From a virus, in IMG/VR virus record IMGVR_UViG_3300020172_003394, positions 22,229 to 86,228 of that record: a stretch of 64,000 nt of DNA; one strand, 5' to 3'. Positions 46,101 through 55,681 of this stretch are shown here, piece after piece. The notes under the pieces are model-generated. The model worked only from the letters and a program-made list of their open reading frames with translations, searched no databases and was not told the DNA's origin. Made by a program: the position numbers and the translations under genes. How positions within the stretch are numbered: position 1 is the stretch's first letter; each line of letters starts with the position of its first letter.

Positions 46101-46348
46101 GTAGTCTGGCAATCCGTGTTGCCCTGATGAACGCATCCAACCTTCCAAAGTCCAATTTCTTGATTATTGACGAAGGATTGGGGACATTAGACGCAGAAAA
46201 TATGACTTCGATGCATACCTTATTCGGTATCTTGAAAGCACAATTCGATTTCCTTATCGTTATCAGCCATTTGGATGTGGTTAGAGATATGGTCGATAAT
46301 TTAATTGAGATAAAAAGAGAAGACGGATTCTCGTATATCCAGTCGTGA
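43169..46348 (+). CDS. fused SbcD(gp47)-SbcC(gp46) nuclease-ATPase
   Basis: DIH, GD, GNHD, GDIH; Walker A NASGKSS; hook CDVC; SGME; IIDEG; ISH. Confidence 0.92.
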   Translation: MNISVPFNKLKKIIHLADIHIRLFKRHEEYNECFQTFYNQLRQEDLTDSVIVVAGDIVHAKTDMSPEMVVMATEFLKTLADMASTIIIAGNHDLNLSNMNRLDSLTPIVNSINHKDLHYFKHSGVYTIADTDFAVYSILDDKEKWPSHRDCSSRRKVALYHGPVFGATTDAKYTITNRHVDVSAFNGFDMVLLGDIHKHQVLQERDAENKKPVVVYASSLIQQNHGESLDNHGWCMWDVHNCTFQFRQLPNNYGYYTVEVQGGKVPVLTDVPNNVRMRIFTGNLDTSAVKKLTAVLRKQHNIIELSINKSRYDSSNREKMKSGIEIIDVQNINNQNQLIQDWLERQYDNTIDKPLMDKILDVNKNLNAQINHDDHSRNVNWRPLQLKFSNMFSYGDDNIINFGKMKGIYGIFANNASGKSSAMDALIFTLYDKTPRAFRGDHIMNNRKDTFTCQLKFEINNEIFYIRRTGTRKKTGDVKVDVSFWRENEDGTHESLNGEDRRDTNVNIRNYVGTYEDFVLTALSSQNSNALFIDKSHSERKDLLIQFMGLSIFDKLCDTANDEMKEISGALRKFKKVDFSQTLSDTQSKLDATREEHERVEGLFSKIKQEQETLYEKLKGLQEQKRPVPNIELDIDTLLSTKDKVVELAASYEEDKGEAEGRLQYIHDTIAEKTKEVVDANIPELRNSVEEYNRLSDLFNKGSNALKLTTSKIGEKVKFQIKLDSYKYNPDCDVCVDNNKSIISDKQQVAHELLELEEVRIKQTAAIEEIKQQMEPLVDKVNLCAYYEKIQSEVQQLQKKASGIELDIQKILTNIEKCDRKREQVENDIELHRSNKENIEYNIEIDSRVDHIQYDINTSKKKADHMEKVVRDLHGEIKVLEATKTDIMNQIKEAEELEATYEAYKYYMEAVGRDGIPYDLMSKAIPNIEAEINNILSQIVDFTISLEVDGKNIVGKLNYDYDRVWPLENSSGMERFISSLAIRVALMNASNLPKSNFLIIDEGLGTLDAENMTSMHTLFGILKAQFDFLIVISHLDVVRDMVDNLIEIKREDGFSYIQS

Positions 46349-46375
46349 TAACTATTTATATTGAGTAGTTATCAC
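46345..46375 (+). promoter_or_regulatory. late promoter within perfect 10-bp inverted repeat
   Basis: GTGATAACTA/TAGTTATCAC with TATTTATA at 46353-46360. Confidence 0.6.
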
Positions 46376-46386
46376 TATGAGACACT

Positions 46387-48810
46387 ATGCCACGAACTAG
46401 AAAACAATTATTTAGACAAAATTTAAACGCAGTTCCTGTCTTGATTGAAGATACAAGCCAGGAATCTGTCTATTTCAATATTAAACAGTTGAATAGTTAT
46501 TTTACTGGTGGACGCAATGCGTTTCTTATTACAGGAACTGCATTATTAGAACTCAATAGTGAAATTTTTATTGAAGTAATAGACGTAGATGGAAATCCAA
46601 TTTATGTCGAAGCTATCAAAAACTTTTCTGAAGGTGGGTCACGTGTTATTGTTGTGGAAGTATACGAAAATACACCCCGTGGTCCTGCAATTTTAACTAT
46701 CTTGGGAACTGCTACAAGACTAGCAAATGGAAATCCTGTTCCTAAAGATTGGGTTCGTCGTAGAAATCTACGGTGGCAGAAGAAGTTAATTATCGAACCA
46801 CGAAACGAAAATACCACACGTATTCGATTAAAAAGACAACCTGAACTATTAGTAACTGAATTACAAGCCACCGCATCATTACTTAGCCAATCATTTATTG
46901 ATAAAGGTGCGAGTTTTGTATTAACACCAAAAACTGTTATTAATAGTCAACGTGGATATGTAGTTACAAACACATCGGTTACACCGTTTGGTTCATACCA
47001 AAAATCACCAAAAATAACTGGTAGTTTCTTTTTAGAAACACGAACTTATAAAATTGCAATACCACCAACCACATCTTCCTATACAGTTGTTGCAAGTGAA
47101 ACAACGTCGATAGACTTACCACTCACACTAATAAACAGTACATCGTCGTTCACGAACACAAATATTACAAGTTCTGTAAACGGTAGAATATTAAATGTCA
47201 CACCGATATTATCAGGTACATACGAATTAACATCCAGTGCGTTCTCATCATCGGCTACAGAATATACCCAAACGGTATCGTTAATCACGAGTAGTGTTAA
47301 ATACAACTACATAAGTGAAAGTATATTCCAAACGTCCGAAAGTTTATCGTTGGCAAAATTACGTATTGTAAATTTAGATACCGTTAGTGGGCAAATTTAT
47401 AGAGTTAAAACATCTAATAAATCAGCAGCATCGAATTTAGAATTTATTTCAGTTGCAGACACACCAACACTTGTGGGGGAACTATTAGTTACAGGTTCAC
47501 AAGTGGTAAATGAACGTGAAGTTCCTATTGGTATATTCAATACAAATGATATTTTAAATTCTAATTGGTATGCATATCTTACAAGTGGTTCATCAACACC
47601 TGATCCTGCATATTCATCTTCACTAATATCTAGTTCGTTCCATTTACCTTTGGTAAGAGATGATAATAGAATTTTAGATGGTGGGTATGTATTAATCACA
47701 TCAAGTAGTTATTTTTTTGGAACAAAAAATGATTTTGGTGTGTTCCAAAATTCAGAATACACACTAAAATTTGATGCCGATGTATATACCACTTCTGGGT
47801 CTATAGTTGCATCTGGAGATTATATTGTTGATGTGTATGTTGTAGGTAGTGCAATTCCAACAACCAATCCACTCGGTCAAAAAATTGGTAGTTTAGGAAC
47901 TAAGCAACAAGTTGGATACTTTCCGAACACACAGTTGAACTTTACTGTTCCTCGAAGTGGTAGTATCGGTGTTAGATTTGTTGTGAACGGTGGATTCTGG
48001 CAATTTGCAAACGTATCATTAAAGGTAGCGGAAGAATACGCATTTAGTCCAGACGAAGTGACTATACTTTTGTTAAATGAAAATAAGTTTGATGACTTGA
48101 TAGAATATAAGACCGATTTTTATGATATCAACAACAACGCATTATCATTATCGGCAACGTCAGTTCCAACATATTTCACAGGATCTCGTCAGTATGTCTT
48201 ACGGTCTGGTGACAATATGTGGGGACGTTTAATTATCGAACGTGGTGGGATAGAAGTTACGGGTAGTAGTACATTTACAGGTTCGTTAAGTGTTATTAGT
48301 GGTTCATCGTTTAATCTTGTGAGTGGTTCTGAATTTTATCGTTGGGGAAATAAGCAGTTCAATTATGGTGCTTGGTATGATATGAGAACACAATCTGCTT
48401 CACTTGCAAATACACCATATAGTATGTCATTTAGTTCGGAATCATATAACCGTGGATTTCGTCTTATTAGTGGTTCAAGAATAACCGCAGAAAATACAGG
48501 ACTATACAATTTTCAATTTTCTACTCAACTTGAAAACACAGCAAATAACGTGGCAGTAATCGATATATGGTTTGCAAAAAATAATCAAGATATTTCGGCA
48601 TCAAATACTAAAACAGAAATCAGTAAGGTAGCATCAACAACGGGAAAGGCTGTTGCTTCTTGGAATTATCTGGAATATTTGGAATCTGGGTCATATTTAG
48701 AATTACGCTGGTTATCTAACCAAAACTCTATGATACTAAAAAGTGAACCATCGGGTGCAAATTTTCCAGCAATTCCTTCGATTATCGCAACTATTACACA
48801 AGTCGTATAA
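46387..48810 (+). CDS. virion structural protein (fibre/baseplate-associated)
   Basis: Ser/Thr-rich beta protein; C-terminal C1q/TNF-like domain (GLYNFQFS.Q). Confidence 0.65.
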   Translation: MPRTRKQLFRQNLNAVPVLIEDTSQESVYFNIKQLNSYFTGGRNAFLITGTALLELNSEIFIEVIDVDGNPIYVEAIKNFSEGGSRVIVVEVYENTPRGPAILTILGTATRLANGNPVPKDWVRRRNLRWQKKLIIEPRNENTTRIRLKRQPELLVTELQATASLLSQSFIDKGASFVLTPKTVINSQRGYVVTNTSVTPFGSYQKSPKITGSFFLETRTYKIAIPPTTSSYTVVASETTSIDLPLTLINSTSSFTNTNITSSVNGRILNVTPILSGTYELTSSAFSSSATEYTQTVSLITSSVKYNYISESIFQTSESLSLAKLRIVNLDTVSGQIYRVKTSNKSAASNLEFISVADTPTLVGELLVTGSQVVNEREVPIGIFNTNDILNSNWYAYLTSGSSTPDPAYSSSLISSSFHLPLVRDDNRILDGGYVLITSSSYFFGTKNDFGVFQNSEYTLKFDADVYTTSGSIVASGDYIVDVYVVGSAIPTTNPLGQKIGSLGTKQQVGYFPNTQLNFTVPRSGSIGVRFVVNGGFWQFANVSLKVAEEYAFSPDEVTILLLNENKFDDLIEYKTDFYDINNNALSLSATSVPTYFTGSRQYVLRSGDNMWGRLIIERGGIEVTGSSTFTGSLSVISGSSFNLVSGSEFYRWGNKQFNYGAWYDMRTQSASLANTPYSMSFSSESYNRGFRLISGSRITAENTGLYNFQFSTQLENTANNVAVIDIWFAKNNQDISASNTKTEISKVASTTGKAVASWNYLEYLESGSYLELRWLSNQNSMILKSEPSGANFPAIPSIIATITQVV

Positions 48811-48815
48811 CAGAG

Positions 48816-51620
48816 ATGTATATGGATATTAATAAACTATTTGAACAAGTGATGGCATTAGATGATTATGTAGAACAACATAATTTTTTGGTCACACAGC
48901 TTGCTCCATCATTAAAAAATGAATTGGTGATTACACACACCGATACGTTAGAAGAAGCAAAACGTAAGCGTAAGAAGGCAAAAGAAAAGATTAAACGATA
49001 CGGATTTTTCTATCCATTATATCCTCGTGTAATTAAAACTGGTGAACAGCCAAAAGACGAACCAACAACACCACCAACGGAACCAACCGATAGTGGTGAT
49101 GCTGGTGGTGTGGACGAAATTAAACCACAAAACAAAGACAACGCATTTGCATATCCCTATTCACTTGGTCCGGAGCATGATGATGAATTCATACAGAAGG
49201 AAGCATTGTCAAGTACGGAACGTATGCGGAGATACAATCGTCGTCATCCCGAAAAGGTTCGAAAGTACCTTAAAAAAACTCAAGATGACCGTGTTGCCCG
49301 TAACCGTGACCGTAAGAAAGCAGTAAAGAAATACGGCAAATCAAAGATGAAAAACCATGATGTGCATCATCCAAATGGTGCAAAGAATGGTAAATGGAAG
49401 TTGGCAAAGAAAGACCACGGACGAGACAAGAAGAACGAAAATATAGAATATGTATATCTCTCCGAATTATTAGAAGGCAATGTACCAAATGGTCCGTGGC
49501 AATTAATCAACGAAGGTGGTGCTGCGGGACATTTAGCACATCCATACGAAGATGATAGTTTGACATTTAAAGATATGAAGGAAATGGCAAAACGTGGGTT
49601 GGTAGGTGGACTGGATGCAGAAGCACCGGTAACAGAAAAACTTGACGGACAGAATATTACGTTTAGTGTTCGTGATGGGCGTGTTGTGTTTGCTCGTAAT
49701 AAAGGTCAAGTCAAGAATCGTGGTAAAAATGCCTTGGATGTTGCAGGCATCCGAGGTATGTTTAAGGGGCATCCAAGTCCAAATATAGAAAAAGCATTTA
49801 ACCAAACTGCAGAAGATATCCAATCAGCAATCGACGCTCTACCAGAAGAACAAAGACAACAAATGTTCGGAGAAGGTAGTAAGTTTATGAATGTGGAAAT
49901 TATCTTTCCAGATACAAAGAACGTCATTCCATATGGAAAACCGGTATTAGTATTTCACGGAACTATTGAATACGATGAAGAAGGTGAAGAAGTTGGTCGT
50001 AATGTAGAAGATGCAAAATTGTTAGACCAACAATTGCAAGCCGTTAGTGCACAAAAACAACGTACATTCGGTTTGTCAGGTCCACAACCGATTACGTTTA
50101 ACGATGCAGATACAGTTCGTAATAAGGAACGACTACAACAATATGGGGCAGAAATGGCTCGTATTCAAGAAGAGTTTGACCTTGATGATAACTCAACATT
50201 GGAAGAATATAAAACTGCGTGGTGGAGTAGAGAAATTGACAATATGGGTGTAGATTGGACTCCTGAAGAACGTGAAGGTTTAATTCGTCGTTGGGTAATG
50301 GGAGAAAAGAAATTCGGGGTCAAAGACATCCAAGATGCAGAAAAGAAAAAGTTTTTTCGTGAATACGAAGCAACCGAATTAAAACAAGCACAGAAGAAAG
50401 CAACTCGTCCAATTGAACGTATCTTTCTACGAATTGGTGCAGATACATTATTACGTGTTACCAATACTCTTGGAGCTAATAATCCGGAGATGGCATCTCA
50501 GTTAAAGCAAGAAGTTAAAGATGCAATACAAAAAATTAAAGAAACTGGTGATGAGAACCAATTAGCTATGTTGCAAAGAGAAATTGAACGATTGGAAGAC
50601 ATAGGTATTGATAGTGTTGTACCAAGTGAAGGGTTGGTGTTTATTTATAACGGCAAACCATATAAATTTACCGGAGCATTTGCGCCAGTTAATCAAATGT
50701 TAGGTATGATGAAATTTGCAAGAGGCAAGGCAAAGGAAGTAGAAGAACCAAAAGAAAAACCAGCAGAAAAAACTGTAGAAAAACCACAAGTGTCTCCGAC
50801 TGGTGAAAAAAGAAGAGTGGCAATTTTCCCTGGTCGTTTTCAACCATTTCACGCCGGACATTACAGTATTTATAAAAAATTAGCAAATGAATTTGGTGAA
50901 GATAATGTGTATATTGTATCAAGTGATGTGACTGACCCAACTCGGTCACCATTTGGATTTGACGAAAAGAAACAAATAATGACACAGATGTTTGGTATTC
51001 CCGAAGATAAAGTAGTACAAGTCAAGAGTCCGTATGCACCAAAAGAATTGACAGCAAATCTACCACCAGATACTACCACCGTATTTGCACTGAGTGAAAA
51101 AGACGCAGATAGATTGGGTACTGGTAAGTATTTTCAACCATATGACCAACAATCATCAAACGCAGGATTTAGTGAAAAGGGATATGTGATGATTGCCCCA
51201 GAAATGCAATTACAATTAGACGGTAGAAATATTAGTGGAACCCAAGTTCGTGCATTATTGGGTAATCCAAAAATTACTGATGAAATGAAGAAAGAAATCT
51301 TTACAAAAATATATGGTAAGTTTGACCCAGAAATATTTAAAAAGATTGTAAAAACCACTACTGATTCTGAAGAAGCATTACGATTAACACAACAACATGG
51401 TACGGATGCAGAACCAAAACCATCAGTAAAAAAGAAACAAGTAGTAAAGAAACCTGTATCAAAACAAACGGCAGCAGAAAAACCACCAACCGATCCATCG
51501 TTTTATAAACCTGGGCAATCTTGGGAAACGGATACTGGAAACTTTGGTGGTAAGAATAGAAAGAATCAAGTACGATATTTTAAAACAAAAGACCGAGCTG
51601 ATAAGTTCGCTAAATTATAA
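48816..51620 (+). CDS. multidomain protein: HNH-like module, ATP-dependent ligase-like domain, HIGH nucleotidyltransferase
   Basis: HDVHH; TEKLDGQN; FPGRFQPFHAGH; ISGTQVR. Confidence 0.75.
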   Translation: MYMDINKLFEQVMALDDYVEQHNFLVTQLAPSLKNELVITHTDTLEEAKRKRKKAKEKIKRYGFFYPLYPRVIKTGEQPKDEPTTPPTEPTDSGDAGGVDEIKPQNKDNAFAYPYSLGPEHDDEFIQKEALSSTERMRRYNRRHPEKVRKYLKKTQDDRVARNRDRKKAVKKYGKSKMKNHDVHHPNGAKNGKWKLAKKDHGRDKKNENIEYVYLSELLEGNVPNGPWQLINEGGAAGHLAHPYEDDSLTFKDMKEMAKRGLVGGLDAEAPVTEKLDGQNITFSVRDGRVVFARNKGQVKNRGKNALDVAGIRGMFKGHPSPNIEKAFNQTAEDIQSAIDALPEEQRQQMFGEGSKFMNVEIIFPDTKNVIPYGKPVLVFHGTIEYDEEGEEVGRNVEDAKLLDQQLQAVSAQKQRTFGLSGPQPITFNDADTVRNKERLQQYGAEMARIQEEFDLDDNSTLEEYKTAWWSREIDNMGVDWTPEEREGLIRRWVMGEKKFGVKDIQDAEKKKFFREYEATELKQAQKKATRPIERIFLRIGADTLLRVTNTLGANNPEMASQLKQEVKDAIQKIKETGDENQLAMLQREIERLEDIGIDSVVPSEGLVFIYNGKPYKFTGAFAPVNQMLGMMKFARGKAKEVEEPKEKPAEKTVEKPQVSPTGEKRRVAIFPGRFQPFHAGHYSIYKKLANEFGEDNVYIVSSDVTDPTRSPFGFDEKKQIMTQMFGIPEDKVVQVKSPYAPKELTANLPPDTTTVFALSEKDADRLGTGKYFQPYDQQSSNAGFSEKGYVMIAPEMQLQLDGRNISGTQVRALLGNPKITDEMKKEIFTKIYGKFDPEIFKKIVKTTTDSEEALRLTQQHGTDAEPKPSVKKKQVVKKPVSKQTAAEKPPTDPSFYKPGQSWETDTGNFGGKNRKNQVRYFKTKDRADKFAKL

Positions 51621-51629
51621 GAGGTTACT

Positions 51630-52244
51630 ATGGCAAGAATAGATGAAAAAGCGCTACAAGATGTAAGAAAAAAAATTGGTGAAGTGATGAATAAGCAAGA
51701 CCAAAAACTTACTTTTGGATGGACACCACAACAAGTTGAACGAAAAGAAGGTGATGAATGGGTGGATGTTGATGGTAAGAAATGGACAAAGAAACACGGA
51801 ATCATTCAATCAGTTACCAAACTCGACGGATTCAAAACTCCGTGGTGGTGCCCAAAATGTAATACTCCACTTAACGGAGTTCATATTAAAGCATACAAAA
51901 AAGCTGGTCATTGCCACGAATGTATGCTAAAAGAAGAAATGGAATTGAAAAAATCTGGTGAGTGGTATGATGTAATAGTTAAAAAAGGTCGTCAAAATCA
52001 TATTGCAGCAATCAAAGATAAGATACAAGAACTTCAAAATTATCACGAAAATCTTTCGCAACCAGAATTTATTCATGCGGACAATGAAAAAATCTTGATG
52101 ATTGAAAAGTGGGATATGGATATCAATACGGTCAAAAAAGATTTGATGGAAGAAATTACCAAGCTACAAACGCATTTAGAAATGGTTGAATCGGGAATGA
52201 GTGAAGAAGAAATCAAACACTATTACGAATCACAGGAACAATAA
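51630..52244 (+). CDS. Zn-finger phage protein
   Basis: RKEGDEW; CPKC...CHEC. Confidence 0.7.
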   Translation: MARIDEKALQDVRKKIGEVMNKQDQKLTFGWTPQQVERKEGDEWVDVDGKKWTKKHGIIQSVTKLDGFKTPWWCPKCNTPLNGVHIKAYKKAGHCHECMLKEEMELKKSGEWYDVIVKKGRQNHIAAIKDKIQELQNYHENLSQPEFIHADNEKILMIEKWDMDINTVKKDLMEEITKLQTHLEMVESGMSEEEIKHYYESQEQ

Positions 52245-52245
52245 T

Positions 52246-52842
52246 ATGAAACTAAAATTATTAGGACTATTGTTAGTATTCGCAGCAGCGTTATACTGGC
52301 AAGATAGTCGCAGTGACGATGCAATGGACAAGTACATCAAAGAATACAAAGAATTTCAAGCAAAGGCAGACTCGGTAACAAAATTTGCCGATAGTCTAAA
52401 AGCAGAAATCGTCATCGCAGATAACGAATCCCGTGCCGCAGAAGGTCGGGCACAAATTCTTGGAAAACAAGTAAATTCTTTGAAAAACGAAACATCAAAT
52501 ATGGTGGAACGGGCTTCGGAATTACAAGAAACCCTTACAGATACTTTGGAATTGGCACGACAACTGTTACCACTTAAAGATTCTATTATCGTACAACAAC
52601 AAGAAACTATTAATACCCAATCAGCACAAGTATCTGAATTAGAACGGGCATTGGCAAATAAAGATAATGCATTACGATTATCACTTATTCGTGGTGATAG
52701 TCTCCAAACAGTTATCAATCTGATTCCACCCGCACCAACAAATCCTAATCGTATGTTAGGATTTAAGTTACCAAGCCGGAAAGTATCATTCGCTGTCGGT
52801 GTCGCTATAGGTCTAGGAGCAGGAATTCTTGTAATCAAGTAG
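52246..52842 (+). CDS. membrane-anchored coiled-coil protein (spanin-like topology)
   Basis: N-terminal TM, coiled coil, hydrophobic C-terminus. Confidence 0.55.
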   Translation: MKLKLLGLLLVFAAALYWQDSRSDDAMDKYIKEYKEFQAKADSVTKFADSLKAEIVIADNESRAAEGRAQILGKQVNSLKNETSNMVERASELQETLTDTLELARQLLPLKDSIIVQQQETINTQSAQVSELERALANKDNALRLSLIRGDSLQTVINLIPPAPTNPNRMLGFKLPSRKVSFAVGVAIGLGAGILVIK

Positions 52843-52849
52843 AGGTTTT

Positions 52850-54436
52850 ATGAACGCATCAGCACAACAGTTAAGAGAACGAATTAAAGAAGAATATAAA
52901 AAGTGTGCGGTAGATGTATCGTACTTTCTATCTAAATATTCTTACATTCAACATCCAGTTCGAGGACGAATGTTGTTTGATTTATATCATTACCAGAAGA
53001 ATGCATTAAAAGATTTTCACCAACACGATTATAATATTGTCTTAAAAGGTCGCCAAATTGGTATTTCTACATTGGTTGCGGGATATGCTTTGTGGTTGTT
53101 ATTGTTTCACAACGATAAGAACATCTTAGTTATCGCAACGAAACAAGAAACCGCAAAGAACTTGGTGACCAAGGTTCGATTTATGCACCAAAATCTTCCA
53201 GTCTGGCTTCGTGGTGAAATTGTGACAGATAATAAACTATCATTACAGTTTACCAACGGTTCGCAAATCAAGGCAGTAGCAAGTAGTAAAGACGCTGGGC
53301 GTTCAGAAGCATTGTCTCTATTGATTTTGGACGAAGCAGCGTTTATTGATGACGCAGAAATCATCTGGACGGCAGCATCCTCCACATTATCAACAGGAGG
53401 TCAAGCAATATTACTGTCTACTCCAAATGGTGTTGGTAATTTCTTTCATAAGATGTGGCAGCAAGCGGAGAGTAAAGAAAACAGTTTCAATCCTATATTA
53501 TTAGATTGGCGAGTTCATCCCGAGCGTGACCAGTTATGGCGTGATAGACAAACGGAATTGATGGGTGAACTCCAAGCATCACAAGAACATGACGCATCGT
53601 TTATATTTTCTGGTAATACGATAGTTCCACCAGAAATAATAGAATTTTATAAAACTACGTTTGTTCAAGAACCTATTACAAAAGGTGGGTTTGATGGAAA
53701 CTTGTGGGTATGGGACTATCCGCAATCGGGCAAATCTTATATTGTATCAGCTGACGTTGCCCGTGGAGATGGTGAGGACTATTCAACCTTCCACGTAATT
53801 GACGTAGAAACGTCTACACAAGTTGCAGAATACAAAGGAAAGGTAGAAACCAAACAGTTTGGCAATATGTTGGTGTCTATCGCAACAGAATATAATGACG
53901 CACTTCTTATACCAGAAAATAGTAGTATAGGGTGGAACGCTATTCAGCAAGTCATAGATAGAGGATATAAAAATCTTTTTTATATGTCCAAAGATTTACA
54001 ATATGTGGACGTTGAGCATCAGATGACGGGCAAATATTATCGTGAAGAACGAAACATGGTACCTGGTTTCACCACTTCACAACGTACCCGTCCGTTGGTA
54101 ATTTCAAGGTTAAAAGAATATATGTTAGACAATAGTTTTACCATTCGGTCATCACGTATGTGTGCTGAATTAGAAACGTTTATTTGGAAGAACGGTAGAC
54201 CTGAAGCGTTGTCTGGTTATAATGATGACTTGACGATGGCGTTATGTATCGGTCTGTGGGTACGGGATACCGCCCTTAGATTACGTCAGGAAGGTATAGA
54301 ATTGACCAAACTAGCGATAGACAAGACAAAGTATAACGTAGTGGGGCACGTTTACACCAACAGTAATACAACACATAATCCATACGAAATGGATATTGGT
54401 GGTAAAAAGGAAAATATATCGTGGTTACTCGGATAA
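52850..54436 (+). CDS. terminase large subunit (gp17-like)
   Basis: KGRQIGIST; LILDEAAF; STPNG; ADVARG.GEDYS; NDDL. Confidence 0.95.
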   Translation: MNASAQQLRERIKEEYKKCAVDVSYFLSKYSYIQHPVRGRMLFDLYHYQKNALKDFHQHDYNIVLKGRQIGISTLVAGYALWLLLFHNDKNILVIATKQETAKNLVTKVRFMHQNLPVWLRGEIVTDNKLSLQFTNGSQIKAVASSKDAGRSEALSLLILDEAAFIDDAEIIWTAASSTLSTGGQAILLSTPNGVGNFFHKMWQQAESKENSFNPILLDWRVHPERDQLWRDRQTELMGELQASQEHDASFIFSGNTIVPPEIIEFYKTTFVQEPITKGGFDGNLWVWDYPQSGKSYIVSADVARGDGEDYSTFHVIDVETSTQVAEYKGKVETKQFGNMLVSIATEYNDALLIPENSSIGWNAIQQVIDRGYKNLFYMSKDLQYVDVEHQMTGKYYREERNMVPGFTTSQRTRPLVISRLKEYMLDNSFTIRSSRMCAELETFIWKNGRPEALSGYNDDLTMALCIGLWVRDTALRLRQEGIELTKLAIDKTKYNVVGHVYTNSNTTHNPYEMDIGGKKENISWLLG

Positions 54437-54437
54437 T

Positions 54438-54458
54438 ACACTATTTATAATGTAGTGT
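54438..54458 (+). promoter_or_regulatory. late promoter in short hairpin
   Basis: ACACTA/TAGTGT with TATTTATA at 54442-54449. Confidence 0.55.
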
Positions 54459-54475
54459 TTTTAATGGATTTAACT

Positions 54476-54634
54476 ATGATTAAATTAGTTGATATTTTAC
54501 TAAACGAAAAATGGACAAAGAAGTATAAAAAGTCCATAAATTGTAGTAATCCGAAGGGGTTCAGTCAAAAAGCACATTGCGCTGGACGTAAAAAGCGTAA
54601 ACGTGGGGTTAAAACAACGTCAAAACCGGTATAA
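54476..54634 (+). CDS. 52-aa basic putative internal head protein
   Basis: MIKLVDILLNEKWTKKYKKSINCSNPKGFSQKAHCAGRKKRKRGVKTTSKPV. Confidence 0.75.
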   Translation: MIKLVDILLNEKWTKKYKKSINCSNPKGFSQKAHCAGRKKRKRGVKTTSKPV

Positions 54635-54637
54635 AAT

Positions 54638-54937
54638 ATGACCAAAGATGAACTTTTAGAAATGATTCGTGAAGAATTAGCAGTAGTTCTTCAAGAAATG
54701 CAAAAACCAGAAGAACAAGAGCTTGACGAACGTACCGTTGCAAGTCGTGAACCTCCACGTAAAATGAATAAGAAGCAAGTAACAAAGCGTGATAAAGTTG
54801 GTAAGACATTATTGAAGAACAAGCGTTCTGTTCGTTATTTCAAGGATAAGTTTGGTGACGATTGGAAATCATACCTCTATGCTACAGCAACAAACAAAGC
54901 AATCGCTGGTAAGAAAAAGAAAGGCGAGAAGAAATAA
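54638..54937 (+). CDS. putative internal head protein
   Basis: LLEMIREEL; YATAT..A basic C-terminus. Confidence 0.7.
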   Translation: MTKDELLEMIREELAVVLQEMQKPEEQELDERTVASREPPRKMNKKQVTKRDKVGKTLLKNKRSVRYFKDKFGDDWKSYLYATATNKAIAGKKKKGEKK

Positions 54938-54939
54938 TA

Positions 54940-55236
54940 ATGGATTATAAAGAATTTTATACAACCATTTACGAAGATTGTGGATGCGGACAAACAGAAG
55001 CGTATCCTTGGGGTGGATTTAATGCTACCAAGAGTGACTTCGAAGATCCACGTTTACAAAAGGCAGAGGAAATCTCGGCACTATTAGAAAAGAGTATTCC
55101 AACCAATCCGTCAAAGTGGGCAACTGCGAAAGCAGCAGCAAAACGAAAGTTTAAAGTGTACCCATCGGCATACGCCAACTTGTGGGCAGCAAAAAAGTAC
55201 AAAAGTATGGGTGGTGGCTGGAAAAAAGGAAAGTAA
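54940..55236 (+). CDS. small basic phage protein
   Basis: KFKVYPSAYAN.W....YK..GG.W. Confidence 0.75.
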   Translation: MDYKEFYTTIYEDCGCGQTEAYPWGGFNATKSDFEDPRLQKAEEISALLEKSIPTNPSKWATAKAAAKRKFKVYPSAYANLWAAKKYKSMGGGWKKGK

Positions 55237-55258
55237 ATAAATATTTTGGAGAAGTGAT

Positions 55259-55681
55259 ATGATTAGATTAACAGGATTAGTTAACTTAAAAGCAGTTGGT
55301 TCAAAACCTATCGGTTCAACCGTTAAGGAAGAATTAACAGGCAAGCAAACGAAACTTGACGTTGATGGTGACGGAAAGTTGGAAAAGTCCGACTTTGAAA
55401 AACTTCGTGCACAAAAAGAAGAAATTGGACCAAAAGACCAAGTTGATTCTGGTGAATATGATTACGAAGGTGATATGGCAAAGAATCAATTACAAACAAT
55501 CATCAGAAATGCACAAATGTTGCATGACATGTTAGATGATCAAACTAACCTTCCTGAATGGGTACAAAGCAAGATTACTTTGGCTAAAGAATATACGCAA
55601 TCTGCAGCGCAATACCTTAGTAGTGAAAAGGACCAAACCAGTACGGCGGGTGAGATTCCAACATCGTCGGAAAAAATGTAA
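55259..55681 (+). CDS. putative internal head protein
   Basis: MIRLTGL; DVDGDGKLE EF-hand-like; LPEWVQSKIT.A. Confidence 0.7.
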   Translation: MIRLTGLVNLKAVGSKPIGSTVKEELTGKQTKLDVDGDGKLEKSDFEKLRAQKEEIGPKDQVDSGEYDYEGDMAKNQLQTIIRNAQMLHDMLDDQTNLPEWVQSKITLAKEYTQSAAQYLSSEKDQTSTAGEIPTSSEKM

